Virus genome (UHGV): UHGV-1370646
Origin: a virus
Reading direction: 5' to 3' (one strand)
Length of the DNA stretch: 48,356 nt
Under the pieces are notes generated by a model, which saw only the letters and a program-made list of their open reading frames with translations, was not told the origin of the DNA and did not search any database. A program made the translations under genes and the position numbers. This document shows, one piece after another, positions 28,785 to 38,619 of this stretch (within the stretch, counting starts at the first letter, position 1; every line of letters begins with the position of its first letter).

Positions 28785-29111
28785 ATGGCCGAAACAGTAA
28801 CTGTAGGATGCAAACTGCCGAACGGCCTGATCCTGGAGCAGGGCGGCTACAAAGTGGAGCTTAACGGCTCCAACTCCTCTCTCGTTTTCGGCGGCTATGG
28901 CCTGACCGAAAACGTGGACAAGGAAGCCTTTGAGGCGTGGCTGGCAGTACATGCTGATCAGCCCTACGTTCGCAAAGAGCTGGTGTTTGCCCAGGCGAAA
29001 ACCAGCAGCGCCCAGGCGAAAGCGAATGAAAACGCTTCGGAGAAAACTGGTCTGGAAGGTCTGGATCAGAACAACCCGGCTCCGGGCATTGAGAAGGCGG
29101 ACAAAAAATAA
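28785..29111 (+). CDS. Hypothetical head-module protein
   Basis: 108-aa ORF, tightly coupled. Confidence 0.45.
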   Translation: MAETVTVGCKLPNGLILEQGGYKVELNGSNSSLVFGGYGLTENVDKEAFEAWLAVHADQPYVRKELVFAQAKTSSAQAKANENASEKTGLEGLDQNNPAPGIEKADKK

Positions 29112-29554
29112 TGGCGATCGTTGTCTTTGATGTTGCCGCATTTCGTGAGCGTTATCCGGAGTTCGATGCCGTAAGTGAAACGCTGCTTAATGCGTACTTC
29201 ACGGAGGCAACGATTTACCTTGATAACACGGACCGCAGCCTGGTTGCGGATGTTGCTGTCCGCGCCGTCTTCTTGAATATGCTGGTTGCTCACATCGCGG
29301 CTTTGAATTCAGGCGTAAACGGCGAGAAGGCTTCTGGTCTGGTAGGTCGGGTGGCAAGCGCATCGGAGGGGTCTGTATCGGTTTCGACTGATGCGGGGCC
29401 TTCCAGCGCGTCATCGTGGTGGTATCTACAGACGCCATACGGTGCAGCTTACTGGCAAGCTACGGCCCCTTATCGCACTGTGCGATATGTCCCTGGGTCC
29501 TCTCCTTCGATGTACCCTGGCCATTATAACCGCCGCTCTTTCATCCGGAGGTAG
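29111..29554 (+). CDS. Head-tail connector-like protein (DUF4054-like)
   Basis: 147 aa. The N-terminus [18 protein letters not shown] matches what I recall for DUF4054. Confidence 0.45.
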   Translation: MAIVVFDVAAFRERYPEFDAVSETLLNAYFTEATIYLDNTDRSLVADVAVRAVFLNMLVAHIAALNSGVNGEKASGLVGRVASASEGSVSVSTDAGPSSASSWWYLQTPYGAAYWQATAPYRTVRYVPGSSPSMYPGHYNRRSFIRR

Positions 29555-29556
29555 CT

Positions 29557-30120
29557 ATGGATGGAATGTCAGGCGGAGATAAGCTGATGGAGCACCTGCA
29601 GTCGATCGCAAAGGGGCTGTCCTCTGGCGATGATTTGAAGGTTGGTTTCCTTGAAGGGTCCAAATACCCCGACGGGACGCCGGTAGCACTTGTGGCAGCC
29701 ACCAACGAATTTGGCGGCACTGTAAATATCCCGGCGCATACCAGGGATTTGAACTTTTACGTTCGCCGTGACGGCGTTTCTCGCTTCGCTAAGCCATCAA
29801 AGGCCAATTTCGCGCAGTCAGTAATGATACCCGAGCATATCGTTACGATCCCATCCCGACCGTACTTCAGGAAGACCATTTCTGAACATGGTCCGGAGTG
29901 GGGCGGAGAGCTCGGGAAGCTCATGAAGGCAAACGATTTTGACGCCCGCAAAAGCCTGGCGCTGATGGGGGAGCGGATCAAGGGGCAGATTCAGTCGTCA
30001 ATCATCGCTTTTTCTGAGCCGCCGAACGCAAAAAGCACGGTCGACAAAAAAGGGTTTAATGACCCGTTAATCGACTCGGCACACATGCTGAACTCGGTCG
30101 ACTACGAGGTGAAAGAGTGA
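29557..30120 (+). CDS. Hypothetical virion protein
   Basis: 187-aa ORF between the head and tail modules. Confidence 0.45.
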   Translation: MDGMSGGDKLMEHLQSIAKGLSSGDDLKVGFLEGSKYPDGTPVALVAATNEFGGTVNIPAHTRDLNFYVRRDGVSRFAKPSKANFAQSVMIPEHIVTIPSRPYFRKTISEHGPEWGGELGKLMKANDFDARKSLALMGERIKGQIQSSIIAFSEPPNAKSTVDKKGFNDPLIDSAHMLNSVDYEVKE

Positions 30121-30485
30121 ATCTTCATTCCATAGTGCGAAGCGCCATTAGCGCGGTTAATCCTCGCGTCGAGGCGCAGATTTACCGCTCGATCGGACCA
30201 ATCAAAAACCCGGATTACTCGACTTCTCCTGGCTTCGCGCCGCCGGTAACGATGATGGTGCAAAAGCAGGCGCTGAGTCAGGCTGATATCAGGCACATGG
30301 ATAACATGAATATCCAGGGTGTACTGGTCAGCATCTGGACGGATGGCAACTGGTGCGGGATTAACAGGGATCGGCAGCAGGGTGGGGATAAGTTCGTTAT
30401 CGGCAATGAAACATGGCTGGTTGTGGCTGTTCCTGAAGTCTGGCCGGACTGGACGAGGGTTATCGCATGTCAACAATTGACGTAG
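30117..30485 (+). CDS. Hypothetical virion protein
   Basis: 122-aa ORF, ATGA-coupled. Confidence 0.45.
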   Translation: MNLHSIVRSAISAVNPRVEAQIYRSIGPIKNPDYSTSPGFAPPVTMMVQKQALSQADIRHMDNMNIQGVLVSIWTDGNWCGINRDRQQGGDKFVIGNETWLVVAVPEVWPDWTRVIACQQLT

Positions 30486-31018
30486 GCCTGCAGGTCACTG
30501 AAAGCGATCTGTTTAAGGCGACCGGCGATTTCCTTTCAGCTCTTTTCCCGGACGCAGAAGTCACGCAGACACAGCAAAACCAAACCCCAATGCCGAAAGG
30601 CGGTTTCATTACCATGACGCCGCTTTTTTTGACTGACCTCTCAACCAGTGCTGTTGATTACGAGTATGACGGCGTCAGTGATTACGGGCGGGCAGAACTT
30701 CGCCGCGTTGATGAATGGCAGTGTCAGCTCGATTTCTACGGGGATCAGGCGCAAAACAATGCCACCATCTTTTCGCGCATCGCACGCTCTGAATTCGCAT
30801 GCACCTGGTTCAGGGAAAATGCGAATGTCCTAGTGCCGCTTTATTCCGGCCCCCCGCGGCAAACCTCGATGATCAACGGCGAGAAACAGTGGGAATCCCG
30901 CTGGACGCTTGAATTCCACGCAAACCCGCTGATTGTCGTCAGCGTTCCTCAGCAGTTTATGACAGGCGCAGATGTGATATCGCAGCCGGTCGACGTGAGA
31001 TTTCCTCCGGAGAAATAA
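30467..31018 (+). CDS. Hypothetical virion protein (tail completion-like position)
   Basis: 183-aa ORF just upstream of the sheath gene. Confidence 0.45.
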   Translation: MSTIDVGLQVTESDLFKATGDFLSALFPDAEVTQTQQNQTPMPKGGFITMTPLFLTDLSTSAVDYEYDGVSDYGRAELRRVDEWQCQLDFYGDQAQNNATIFSRIARSEFACTWFRENANVLVPLYSGPPRQTSMINGEKQWESRWTLEFHANPLIVVSVPQQFMTGADVISQPVDVRFPPEK

Positions 31019-31021
31019 TAA

Positions 31022-32503
31022 ATGGCAATTTCGCTATCAAAAATCGCCCAGATGCTTCCCGGCGTACTGAAGGCGACAGGGACGGCTATTGATCTCAATG
31101 GCCTGTTCCTGACCGACAGCGCATACGCGCCGGTTGGTGCAGTACCCTCATTTGCCAGTGCGGATGAGGTAAAGGCGTACTTCGGCAGCGCGTCGATTGA
31201 GTACACCGCCGCGGTGCTGTATTTCGCTGCTTTCAACGGCAAAACGCAGATGCCCGGCAAGCTGTATTTTAGCCGATTCAATACTGCGGCAGTGGCTGCA
31301 TTCCTTCGTTCCGGATCGCACGCCGCGACCACTCTGGCACAGCTCAAGTTACTGAGCGGCACGCTGACTCTGACCGTCGACGGTACGGAGGAGACTTCAG
31401 CGGCTATTAACCTCAGCGGCGCGACCAGTTTTGATAACGCGGCAGAGCTGATTGAAACCGGGATTGGCTCCTCGGTTGTGGTGACCTGGGATAGCGTGCT
31501 GAAGAAATTCATCATCACCTCTGCCACCACCGGCTCAGAGAGTTCGATCACCTTCGCCGATGACGGTACGCTGGCCGCTGGCCTCAAGCTGACCGAGGCG
31601 ACTGGCGCGGTAATTTCCCAGGGCGCTGCGCCGGCAGTGGTTGACGATATTTTTACTGCCATTCTTGCCAAAGAGCAGGACTGGGTAACATTCTCCACGA
31701 CGTTCGCTGTAACCAAAGAACAGGCCAATGCGTTTGCGCTCTGGGTAAACAGCAAGAACCACCGCTTTGCCTATGTCCCCTGGGACGCATCAGGAGCGGC
31801 GATCGTGGCGGGCAGCTCGAACGCACTGGTGTATGACATCATCAACACCTACGCCTACAACGATACCTGCCCCGTGTATGGTTACCCGAACCACGCAGCA
31901 AACGCGATGGGTTTTGTGGCCGCGCTGAACTTCACTCAAGCCAATGGGCGCTGCTCGCTGAATGGCCGTCAGGTGTCCGGCCTGTTGCCGATGATCAGTA
32001 ACGATACTGATTACGAGGCTGCCAAGGCCAACGGCTATAACTTCTATGGCAACTATGCCTCGAATGCCGTCGAAACCAATCAGTGGGCGCCCGGCTCTAT
32101 TACCGGTGATTACGCATGGCTTGACGCCTGGGCGGGTCAGGTATGGGTAAATGCTCAGCTTCAGGCAGCTCTCGTTGCGCTGTTCCAGCAGGCGAGCAAT
32201 CTGCCCTATGCTGCAGCCGGGAAGGCTCGCATTGAGTCGTGCATGAAGCCGACCATTGAGCAATTCAGGGCGTGGGGCGGTATGACGGCGGGCACTGACC
32301 TTGACCAGTCGCAGATCGACCAGATTAACGCCATCACTGGCGTCGACGTTACGGATTCTCTTCTGGCTGAAGGGTATTACATCTACATCGGCCCGTTCAC
32401 CCCGGCAATGCGCGCCTCGCGTACCAAGCCAACGGTTTACTTCTGGTACACCGACGGCGGGATCATCCAGGGTATTACCGTTAATAGCACGGAGGTGCAG
32501 TAA
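31022..32503 (+). CDS. Tail sheath protein (DUF3383-like)
   Basis: 493 aa. Followed by a small tube gene, a chaperone and a tape measure. The size and context are typical for a sheath. Confidence 0.7.
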   Translation: MAISLSKIAQMLPGVLKATGTAIDLNGLFLTDSAYAPVGAVPSFASADEVKAYFGSASIEYTAAVLYFAAFNGKTQMPGKLYFSRFNTAAVAAFLRSGSHAATTLAQLKLLSGTLTLTVDGTEETSAAINLSGATSFDNAAELIETGIGSSVVVTWDSVLKKFIITSATTGSESSITFADDGTLAAGLKLTEATGAVISQGAAPAVVDDIFTAILAKEQDWVTFSTTFAVTKEQANAFALWVNSKNHRFAYVPWDASGAAIVAGSSNALVYDIINTYAYNDTCPVYGYPNHAANAMGFVAALNFTQANGRCSLNGRQVSGLLPMISNDTDYEAAKANGYNFYGNYASNAVETNQWAPGSITGDYAWLDAWAGQVWVNAQLQAALVALFQQASNLPYAAAGKARIESCMKPTIEQFRAWGGMTAGTDLDQSQIDQINAITGVDVTDSLLAEGYYIYIGPFTPAMRASRTKPTVYFWYTDGGIIQGITVNSTEVQ

Positions 32504-32946
32504 TGTCCGGTCAAAACATTACGTCGGCTGACGCCATCATTGAGCTGGTAATCGCTGAGCTATACCCGTCTGGGTTTAACCTGGAACAGTTCGAAGCGCA
32601 GAACATCTTCGAAATGGGCGATACCGACATGGCAGAGTATCAGCGTACTGCTGACGGTAAACTGCTGGGCGGTTTTGTTTATGGTGATCTGCCGTGGACA
32701 TTCCATCTGGCTGCATCCTCTCCGTCGATTAAGTACATCGACAACTGGCAAACCACGCAGATAACCACACGGTCTGTACTGCGTGTCAATGGCACGGTGA
32801 TCCTGCCGTCGCTGGGTAAAAAGTACATCATGACCAACGGTATCCTGCAGCGCGCGCGACGCATGCCATCCGCTGGTCGCGTGCTTCAGCCGGTAACGGG
32901 TCTCATCCAGTGGGAAACCGTCACCCCGGCAGGGTACTCAGCGTAA
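32503..32946 (+). CDS. Tail tube protein
   Basis: 147 aa, directly after the sheath. Followed by a strong terminator. Confidence 0.6.
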   Translation: MSGQNITSADAIIELVIAELYPSGFNLEQFEAQNIFEMGDTDMAEYQRTADGKLLGGFVYGDLPWTFHLAASSPSIKYIDNWQTTQITTRSVLRVNGTVILPSLGKKYIMTNGILQRARRMPSAGRVLQPVTGLIQWETVTPAGYSA

Positions 32947-32952
32947 ACAATC

Positions 32953-32979
32953 AGCCCGGCTAAGCCCGGGCTTTTTTAT
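32953..32979 (+). terminator. Rho-independent terminator after the sheath/tube genes
   Basis: AGCCCGG-CTAAGC-CCGGGCT followed by TTTTTTATT. Confidence 0.65.
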
Positions 32980-33007
32980 TGCCAGATAACTCATTCAGGA
33001 AACAAAA

Positions 33008-33484
33008 ATGGCTCGTAAAAGCATCGTATTTACGGTTGAGGCAGATAACCGTGACAAGGGTAAGCAGTTCAAAATAACCGAAATGCCGGCGCGCAAAGCA
33101 GAAGAATGGGCGATCCGCCTGGCGTGTGCCGTGATTGGCGCCGGCGTTACCGTTCCCGACAATATGATGATGGCCATCGGTGCTGCGGTGGCGCCTGCCC
33201 CATCTGAGGATAACGCAGAAGCTCGCGAGCTGTACGAAAGCGTGATGGCCAGCGGCATGGCAGGTCTTGCTCAGTGGGGTATCACTTCACTGGCCAAAGT
33301 TCCGTTCGCACAGTCAAAGCCTCTGCTTGATGAGCTGCTTGGCTGTGTGAAATTCCTCGGCGGTAACGGTATCGAAACAGCGCTTGTTGACGAAGGGCAG
33401 ATCGAAGAAATCAGCACCTGGTCGCGCCTGAAAATCGAAGCCTTCAAACTCCATATCGCTTTTGTAGCAGCCACCGCAAGTTAG
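33008..33484 (+). CDS. Tail assembly chaperone
   Basis: 158 aa, upstream of the tape measure. An open -1 frame overlaps its 3' end. Confidence 0.55.
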   Translation: MARKSIVFTVEADNRDKGKQFKITEMPARKAEEWAIRLACAVIGAGVTVPDNMMMAIGAAVAPAPSEDNAEARELYESVMASGMAGLAQWGITSLAKVPFAQSKPLLDELLGCVKFLGGNGIETALVDEGQIEEISTWSRLKIEAFKLHIAFVAATAS

Positions 33485-33708
33485 AAATCCCCTTATCCGT
33501 CCCGGAAGACTCAGATCGTGGCTTCATTCAGTACGAGAACGTGCCGCGCAGTATCGCCGCGGTGATCTCCGGGAAAATGGCGACACTCCACGAACTGGAC
33601 ACGGTATACAGCGTCCAGGATATGTGGTGGCTGATTGAAATAATGACCGTGGATAACACCAACAGAGCCATAGCGGCGGAGAGTGATCATGGCAGCAACG
33701 GTAATTGA
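33391..33708 (+). other. Open -1 frame overlapping the chaperone 3' end and running into the tape-measure start: candidate programmed-frameshift extension (G-T or E-E' type)
   Basis: The -1 frame is open from 33391 to about 33708 and encodes protein-like sequence (...PEDSDRGFIQYENVPRSIAAVISGKMATLHELDTVYSVQDMWWLIEIM...). A T-run C-TTT-TGT at 33459-33465 could allow P-site slippage. Alternative: an independent 43-aa ORF from ATG 33579. Confidence 0.35.
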
Positions 33709-35605
33709 CGCCCTCCTGGTAACGCTGGGCCTTGATACTTCTCAGTTCCGCAAAGGCCAGCAGGAAGTCAGTGACGACCTGAAAAAGCAGCGCGAAGATG
33801 CCAAAAACACCGCCAAAGAAATGGCAGAGCAGGGCAAGAAAGCCGCTTCGTTCTTCAGCAGCATAAAGACGGAATTGCTGGCACTGACTGGCGTTACCGT
33901 CACTGCCGGCGGCCTGATGAGCCTTGTTAAAAATACCACGTCTAGCCTGATGGACCTTTCCATTCAGTCAAAGGCTCTTGGCATGACAGCCAGAGAACTT
34001 GATGGCTTCGGGAAGGCTGCAGAATCAGCCGGAAGCTCTTTTGAGAGGATTACGGCCGCCTTGCAGGGGTTCCAGGCTGCAAAGCAAGGTTCTCTATTTG
34101 GGGATACCAGCAGCCCGATCTTTAGCGGAATGCGAATGCTTACGGCGTTAACTGGTGATACTTTTGACGTCTATTCAAAGGATGCCAAGTCACTTGCAAG
34201 GTCTTATCTGGAGTCACTCAGGAAAGTTAAAGACCCAAACATTCGGCGCCAGATTGGTGCTATGGGTGGCTTCGATGATGCCACCATTCAGCGAAACCAG
34301 GAGGGTAGATTTCTTCCGGATGTTGACCGCTTAACAAAAAGCTCCGGCATTACAGACGCCTCAACCAAAGGCGCAAAGGAATTTACAGCCGCATGGGCGG
34401 AGCTGGGGCAAAATCTCGACACGGTAAAAAACCAAATTTATGAAGGTCTGATACCAACCATTCGAGACCTAAATGGCTTGCTAAAAGAATGGTCATCAGG
34501 GAATGTTAAATCCTCTTCATTCTTTAAAGAGCTGAAGCGGGACATTAACGATATCACAGGCATTGACCTTGGTGGCTGGACGCTATCAAGCGATCTGCGC
34601 AACCTCAAAGATAACTTTTCCATGCTCGGAAAAGTGCTCAACCATTTGGGTAACGCTTTAAACGAGCTCAACAACGGCAACTTCTCCAAGGCTGCCGATG
34701 AGTTTAAAAAGGCGTGGTACGGCACTGAAGACGGAAAGCCTACCGGTAATGATGCGCTGCCCGGGGTGACAAGTAACTCCCAAAGCATTTACGAAAACAG
34801 CACGTATAAAAAATATAATGACCTCCTGAACAAGTATCTACCCGAGTGGCTGGGGGGAACACCTTCGGACAGAAAGAAGGACCAAGATGAGAAGTCTTAC
34901 TGGGATACGACAAAGACTCTGCTTTCTAAAATAGCCGATGCCATTGTCACCCCTGCTGGCGCCTCCTCTTTAGAGCCAAGTATCGGGGGGTATCAGCCCA
35001 ACGTCCCGCTTAACGCTCAGGCCGCTCGTCTTGGCGCTAAAGGAAAGGCATTTCTTCAGGCAATGGCTGGGGAGTTCGGATCGCTGGAAGGTAAATATGG
35101 CCTTCCAGCCGGTCTGCTGTCTTCGGTAGCTGCTACTGAATCAGGTGGTGACCCGTTTGCGGAGTCGAAAGCTGGAGCCAAAGGCTTGTTCCAGTTCATG
35201 CCAGGCACCGCAAAGGATATGGGGCTGAAAGGTCGTGATGTTTTCGACCCCCACAAATCTGCAGATGCCGCTGGAAGATATCTGCGCTTTCTGCTGGATG
35301 CTACCGGCGGCGATCTTGAAAAAACTCTTGCCTCCTATAACTGGGGGCTCGGAAACGTCCAGAAGAAAGGCATGGATAACCTGCCGTCGGAAACTCGCAA
35401 TTACGTACCTAAAGTCATGGCCGGGATGCGTCCCGGCGCCGGTATGGCTGTAGACCGAGCGATGCCCGGGCAGGCTGGCGGTGTTTATAACTTTTATGGC
35501 ACCAAAATCACTACCCAGGCCCAGAACGTGCAACAGCTTACCAGCGACATCAAAAAGCACGGTGACAACCGCGTCATGCTAATGGCTGGCTACTCAGGAC
35601 AATAA
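33683..35605 (+). CDS. Tail tape-measure protein with a C-terminal lytic transglycosylase (SLT) domain
   Basis: 640 aa. Helical N-terminal two-thirds. SLT motifs ATESGGDPFAESKAGAKGLFQFMPGTA...YNWG. Confidence 0.8.
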   Translation: MIMAATVIDALLVTLGLDTSQFRKGQQEVSDDLKKQREDAKNTAKEMAEQGKKAASFFSSIKTELLALTGVTVTAGGLMSLVKNTTSSLMDLSIQSKALGMTARELDGFGKAAESAGSSFERITAALQGFQAAKQGSLFGDTSSPIFSGMRMLTALTGDTFDVYSKDAKSLARSYLESLRKVKDPNIRRQIGAMGGFDDATIQRNQEGRFLPDVDRLTKSSGITDASTKGAKEFTAAWAELGQNLDTVKNQIYEGLIPTIRDLNGLLKEWSSGNVKSSSFFKELKRDINDITGIDLGGWTLSSDLRNLKDNFSMLGKVLNHLGNALNELNNGNFSKAADEFKKAWYGTEDGKPTGNDALPGVTSNSQSIYENSTYKKYNDLLNKYLPEWLGGTPSDRKKDQDEKSYWDTTKTLLSKIADAIVTPAGASSLEPSIGGYQPNVPLNAQAARLGAKGKAFLQAMAGEFGSLEGKYGLPAGLLSSVAATESGGDPFAESKAGAKGLFQFMPGTAKDMGLKGRDVFDPHKSADAAGRYLRFLLDATGGDLEKTLASYNWGLGNVQKKGMDNLPSETRNYVPKVMAGMRPGAGMAVDRAMPGQAGGVYNFYGTKITTQAQNVQQLTSDIKKHGDNRVMLMAGYSGQ

Positions 35606-35608
35606 CTC

Positions 35609-36451
35609 ATGTCGTTTTCTCTGAATGTCTCGACAGTGCTATCCGCCATTCAGGGAGGAAGCCTGTTATCCGTCCTTAACAGCGCCCTGTCGCCAACTTA
35701 CCGGATCACCTACAACACGGTGGATAAGTCAATTTCAACCGCAATAGCCGGGCAGGAGGTTTTCTCTCCGTCCGGCTGGGTTAGTGTTGATCGCTACGGT
35801 GATGCTAACGTGACGAAGGGGCCGGTTGAAAATGGGCAGTATACTTCGTACAACAAGGTCCGGCAGCCATCGGAGTTAAGGGTGATCCTGGCGCTTGAAG
35901 GATGGACCGCATATACAGGAGCGCTTCCAAATCTGACAAACTTCTCTCTTCTTAGCCGAAGTAATTTCATCAAAAAGCTTGATGAGATGAAAAACACGGC
36001 TAGCACCTACAACATCGAGACACCTGATACGGTGTATTACAGCTACGATCTGACCCACTTTGATTACTTTGTGGGGTCGTATCGTGGGCAGACGTTGTTG
36101 ATGGCGAACTGCACTTTCGAGGAGATCATGGATAGCGGTGAAGTAATTATCGCTAATGGGGTTTCCGGTAAGGCACCGACAAATAACGACAAAACAAACA
36201 ACAAGGGCGCTGCAAAAACAGAGGTGATCACTGCTTCAACTAAAGAAGTAACACTTACTGACGCAAAAAACGCATGGACAAGCGGAAATTCATCGCTATC
36301 AAGCGCTATTGATCTTACCGGCAGTGCCATAGTTTCAGGTGTCAATTCGGCGGCCAAATCGGTATCGCAAGTATGGGATAACTCATCTACAGCGGTCTCA
36401 AAACAGATCAAAAGCACGGTGGCTGATTTTCTTAAAAATAAGGTGATGTGA
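35609..36451 (+). CDS. Tail/baseplate protein (hypothetical)
   Basis: 280-aa ORF directly after the tape measure. Confidence 0.5.
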   Translation: MSFSLNVSTVLSAIQGGSLLSVLNSALSPTYRITYNTVDKSISTAIAGQEVFSPSGWVSVDRYGDANVTKGPVENGQYTSYNKVRQPSELRVILALEGWTAYTGALPNLTNFSLLSRSNFIKKLDEMKNTASTYNIETPDTVYYSYDLTHFDYFVGSYRGQTLLMANCTFEEIMDSGEVIIANGVSGKAPTNNDKTNNKGAAKTEVITASTKEVTLTDAKNAWTSGNSSLSSAIDLTGSAIVSGVNSAAKSVSQVWDNSSTAVSKQIKSTVADFLKNKVM

Positions 36452-36452
36452 C

Positions 36453-36758
36453 ATGCAGGAAATTAGCTTATCACCGTCACTTTCTCAAAAGGTGTATGTT
36501 ACGCTTGGTGGACAGAACTGCGCGATCAAGCTTCATCAGCGCTCAACTGGATTCTACATAGACCTGTATGTTGATGACACGGCAATTATGCAAGGTGTTC
36601 TCTGCCTTAACTGTATATATCTTGTCAGATATAAGTATCTTGGATTTAATGGTGATCTCATTTTTGTAGACACAAAAGGGGATTCCGATCCGGTTTATGA
36701 CGAAATAGGGACGCGCTTTAAGCTTTATTATGCATCGAGCGATGAGGTGGGCCGATGA
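36453..36758 (+). CDS. Small baseplate-associated protein (hypothetical)
   Basis: 101-aa ORF in the tail module. Confidence 0.45.
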   Translation: MQEISLSPSLSQKVYVTLGGQNCAIKLHQRSTGFYIDLYVDDTAIMQGVLCLNCIYLVRYKYLGFNGDLIFVDTKGDSDPVYDEIGTRFKLYYASSDEVGR

Positions 36759-37609
36759 GTTACAAGGAAAGAGAGATAACGGTTGAGTTTACTCTGGCCA
36801 ATGGGACCTTTGACGGTAAAAAAGGTAACACGCTCATAGCCGAAGGGTTCAAGTGCGAGCTTTCTGTTTCGGCTTATGGGGGAGCTACCGGGACGATGAT
36901 GGAGCTTAGCCTGTGGGGCTTATCCCTTGATAACATGGCTAAATTGACCACCAACTCCGAAAAATTCTTCGGTGAGCAGCAAAACGCCATACGGGTTTTT
37001 ACTGGAGATGTTTGCGTGTTTATGGGCACGATAATATCTGCCAGGGTTAATCTGAATCAAATGCCTGATGCTCCGATTGAAATAACGGCCTCCGCTATTG
37101 GAAAGGAAAAGCTTGTCGTATGCGAGCCAACTTCAATTGAAGGTGAAGCGTCTGTCGCTGATATGATAAAAGCACTGGCCTCTAAGGTGGATTTGAAGTT
37201 CGTAAATGTTGATGTTAAATCGGTGCATAGCAACCCTTATTATGAGGGAAATGCTATTGAGCAAATTCAGAAAATTGCGGCCGATCACAATATTATTGCA
37301 GATATAGACTTTGGGACGGTTACAATCTACACGGGGGAAAGCCCTATTGATTCTGTGGTTCCATTTATATCTCCAGAACATGGACTAATTGGCTATCCTA
37401 TTTTTTATGATATTGGTATAAATTTTCGCTGCATTTATTCACCATCAATAAAGCTGGCTCGAAAAATAAAACTGGAAACCTCTCTCCCTCACGCAAGCGG
37501 GGATTGGATAGTCCAGTATGGAACCACTCATTACTTGTCATGCAGGGTCCCCGGTGGTCTATGGGAAACATTCGTTGTAGCTTATCCCGGATTTGTATTT
37601 GGAGTGTGA
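36755..37609 (+). CDS. Baseplate hub-like protein (hypothetical)
   Basis: 284-aa ORF preceding the spike gene. Confidence 0.5.
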   Translation: MSYKEREITVEFTLANGTFDGKKGNTLIAEGFKCELSVSAYGGATGTMMELSLWGLSLDNMAKLTTNSEKFFGEQQNAIRVFTGDVCVFMGTIISARVNLNQMPDAPIEITASAIGKEKLVVCEPTSIEGEASVADMIKALASKVDLKFVNVDVKSVHSNPYYEGNAIEQIQKIAADHNIIADIDFGTVTIYTGESPIDSVVPFISPEHGLIGYPIFYDIGINFRCIYSPSIKLARKIKLETSLPHASGDWIVQYGTTHYLSCRVPGGLWETFVVAYPGFVFGV

Positions 37610-37610
37610 G

Positions 37611-38201
37611 ATGCTTACCAAGCAAAAGCCTAGTGACATGTCGTGTCAGGGGAATGCTGTTCTTTCGCTTATAGCCGGAGCCATAAAGGGCTGCGTATTT
37701 GCCGATATCGTTTTAGTCAAAAAAGTGAATGGGAAGACCCTTACCGTTTTTCCTCTGGTTACTGGAACAAACGCTTCTGGCGGATCAATTGAAAACCAGG
37801 ATGTTTACAATGTTCCATTCATTCAGTACCAGGCTGGAAATAGTTCGGTAAAAATGACGCCCAGAGTAGGTGATATTGGCTTGGTGATTGCCTGTGATAA
37901 AGACATCACAAATGTGAAAAAAACTAAAGGCGGAGGCCCTCCACCAACTCAGCGGCGCCACTCATACTCAGATGCTGTTTACATCACGGCGATCGCTAGC
38001 CTGAATGATGAGCCGACGGAGCTTGCAGAGTTCACCGGTAGCGGCATAAACATCAAGAGCCCTGGCGTAGTTAACATCAACGGCATGAAAGTACACCCAG
38101 ACGGGAAACTTGAGCTTGTCGATGGCTCTATCGTTGATGGGCATACTCATGGTGGGGTAGTATCAGGAGGAAGCCGAACCGATCCTCTGGGGGCGGCATA
38201 G
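37611..38201 (+). CDS. Baseplate spike/assembly protein (gpV-like)
   Basis: Start MLTKQKPSDM. An OB-fold-like N-terminus, then a Gly-rich C-terminus (HTHGGVVSGGSRTD). Position is typical of gpV. Confidence 0.55.
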   Translation: MLTKQKPSDMSCQGNAVLSLIAGAIKGCVFADIVLVKKVNGKTLTVFPLVTGTNASGGSIENQDVYNVPFIQYQAGNSSVKMTPRVGDIGLVIACDKDITNVKKTKGGGPPPTQRRHSYSDAVYITAIASLNDEPTELAEFTGSGINIKSPGVVNINGMKVHPDGKLELVDGSIVDGHTHGGVVSGGSRTDPLGAA

Positions 38202-38212
38202 AGGGAATAAAA

Positions 38213-38593
38213 ATGTCGTTTTTAGTTATTGCAGCATTGTTGGGATTAATACCTGCGTTCATTGCGCAAAGTAAGGGGCGATCTTTCGGCGGTTGGTGGC
38301 TCTATGGATTCTTGCTTTTCATCGTTGCAATTATTCACGTTCTTTTCGTCCCCTCGCTTAATTCTTCTGGCGCTGCCGTAGCTGATTCTAAGGGCCCAAT
38401 GAGGGACTGCCCCTACTGTGCAGAGCCAGTGAAGTATCAGGCTACGAAGTGCAAGCATTGCGGGAGTGAGATTACCCCGATGGTATTACCAGAGCCAAAA
38501 TACAACGGCACTCAAATTGCTTGGGATCGGGTGCTGATTCTCATAGGAGGTATTGTGGCTGTTGCTTTGCTTTTCGGAGCTATGCACGATTGA
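38213..38593 (+). CDS. Membrane protein with a cytosolic C4 zinc-ribbon (accessory gene)
   Basis: 126 aa. Two N-terminal TM helices, CPYCAEPVKYQATKCKHCGS, and a C-terminal TM helix. AT-rich. It interrupts the baseplate gene series. Confidence 0.6.
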   Translation: MSFLVIAALLGLIPAFIAQSKGRSFGGWWLYGFLLFIVAIIHVLFVPSLNSSGAAVADSKGPMRDCPYCAEPVKYQATKCKHCGSEITPMVLPEPKYNGTQIAWDRVLILIGGIVAVALLFGAMHD

Positions 38594-38619
38594 TGATGCC
38601 CACGTGTGTGGGCACCTCC

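Noticed and set aside
27686-28813. 375-aa minus-strand ORF
   Set aside because: Shadow ORF antisense to the major capsid gene. It has no RBS context and a low-complexity His/Arg/Val translation.
30949-31755. 268-aa minus-strand ORF
   Set aside because: Antisense shadow of the sheath gene.
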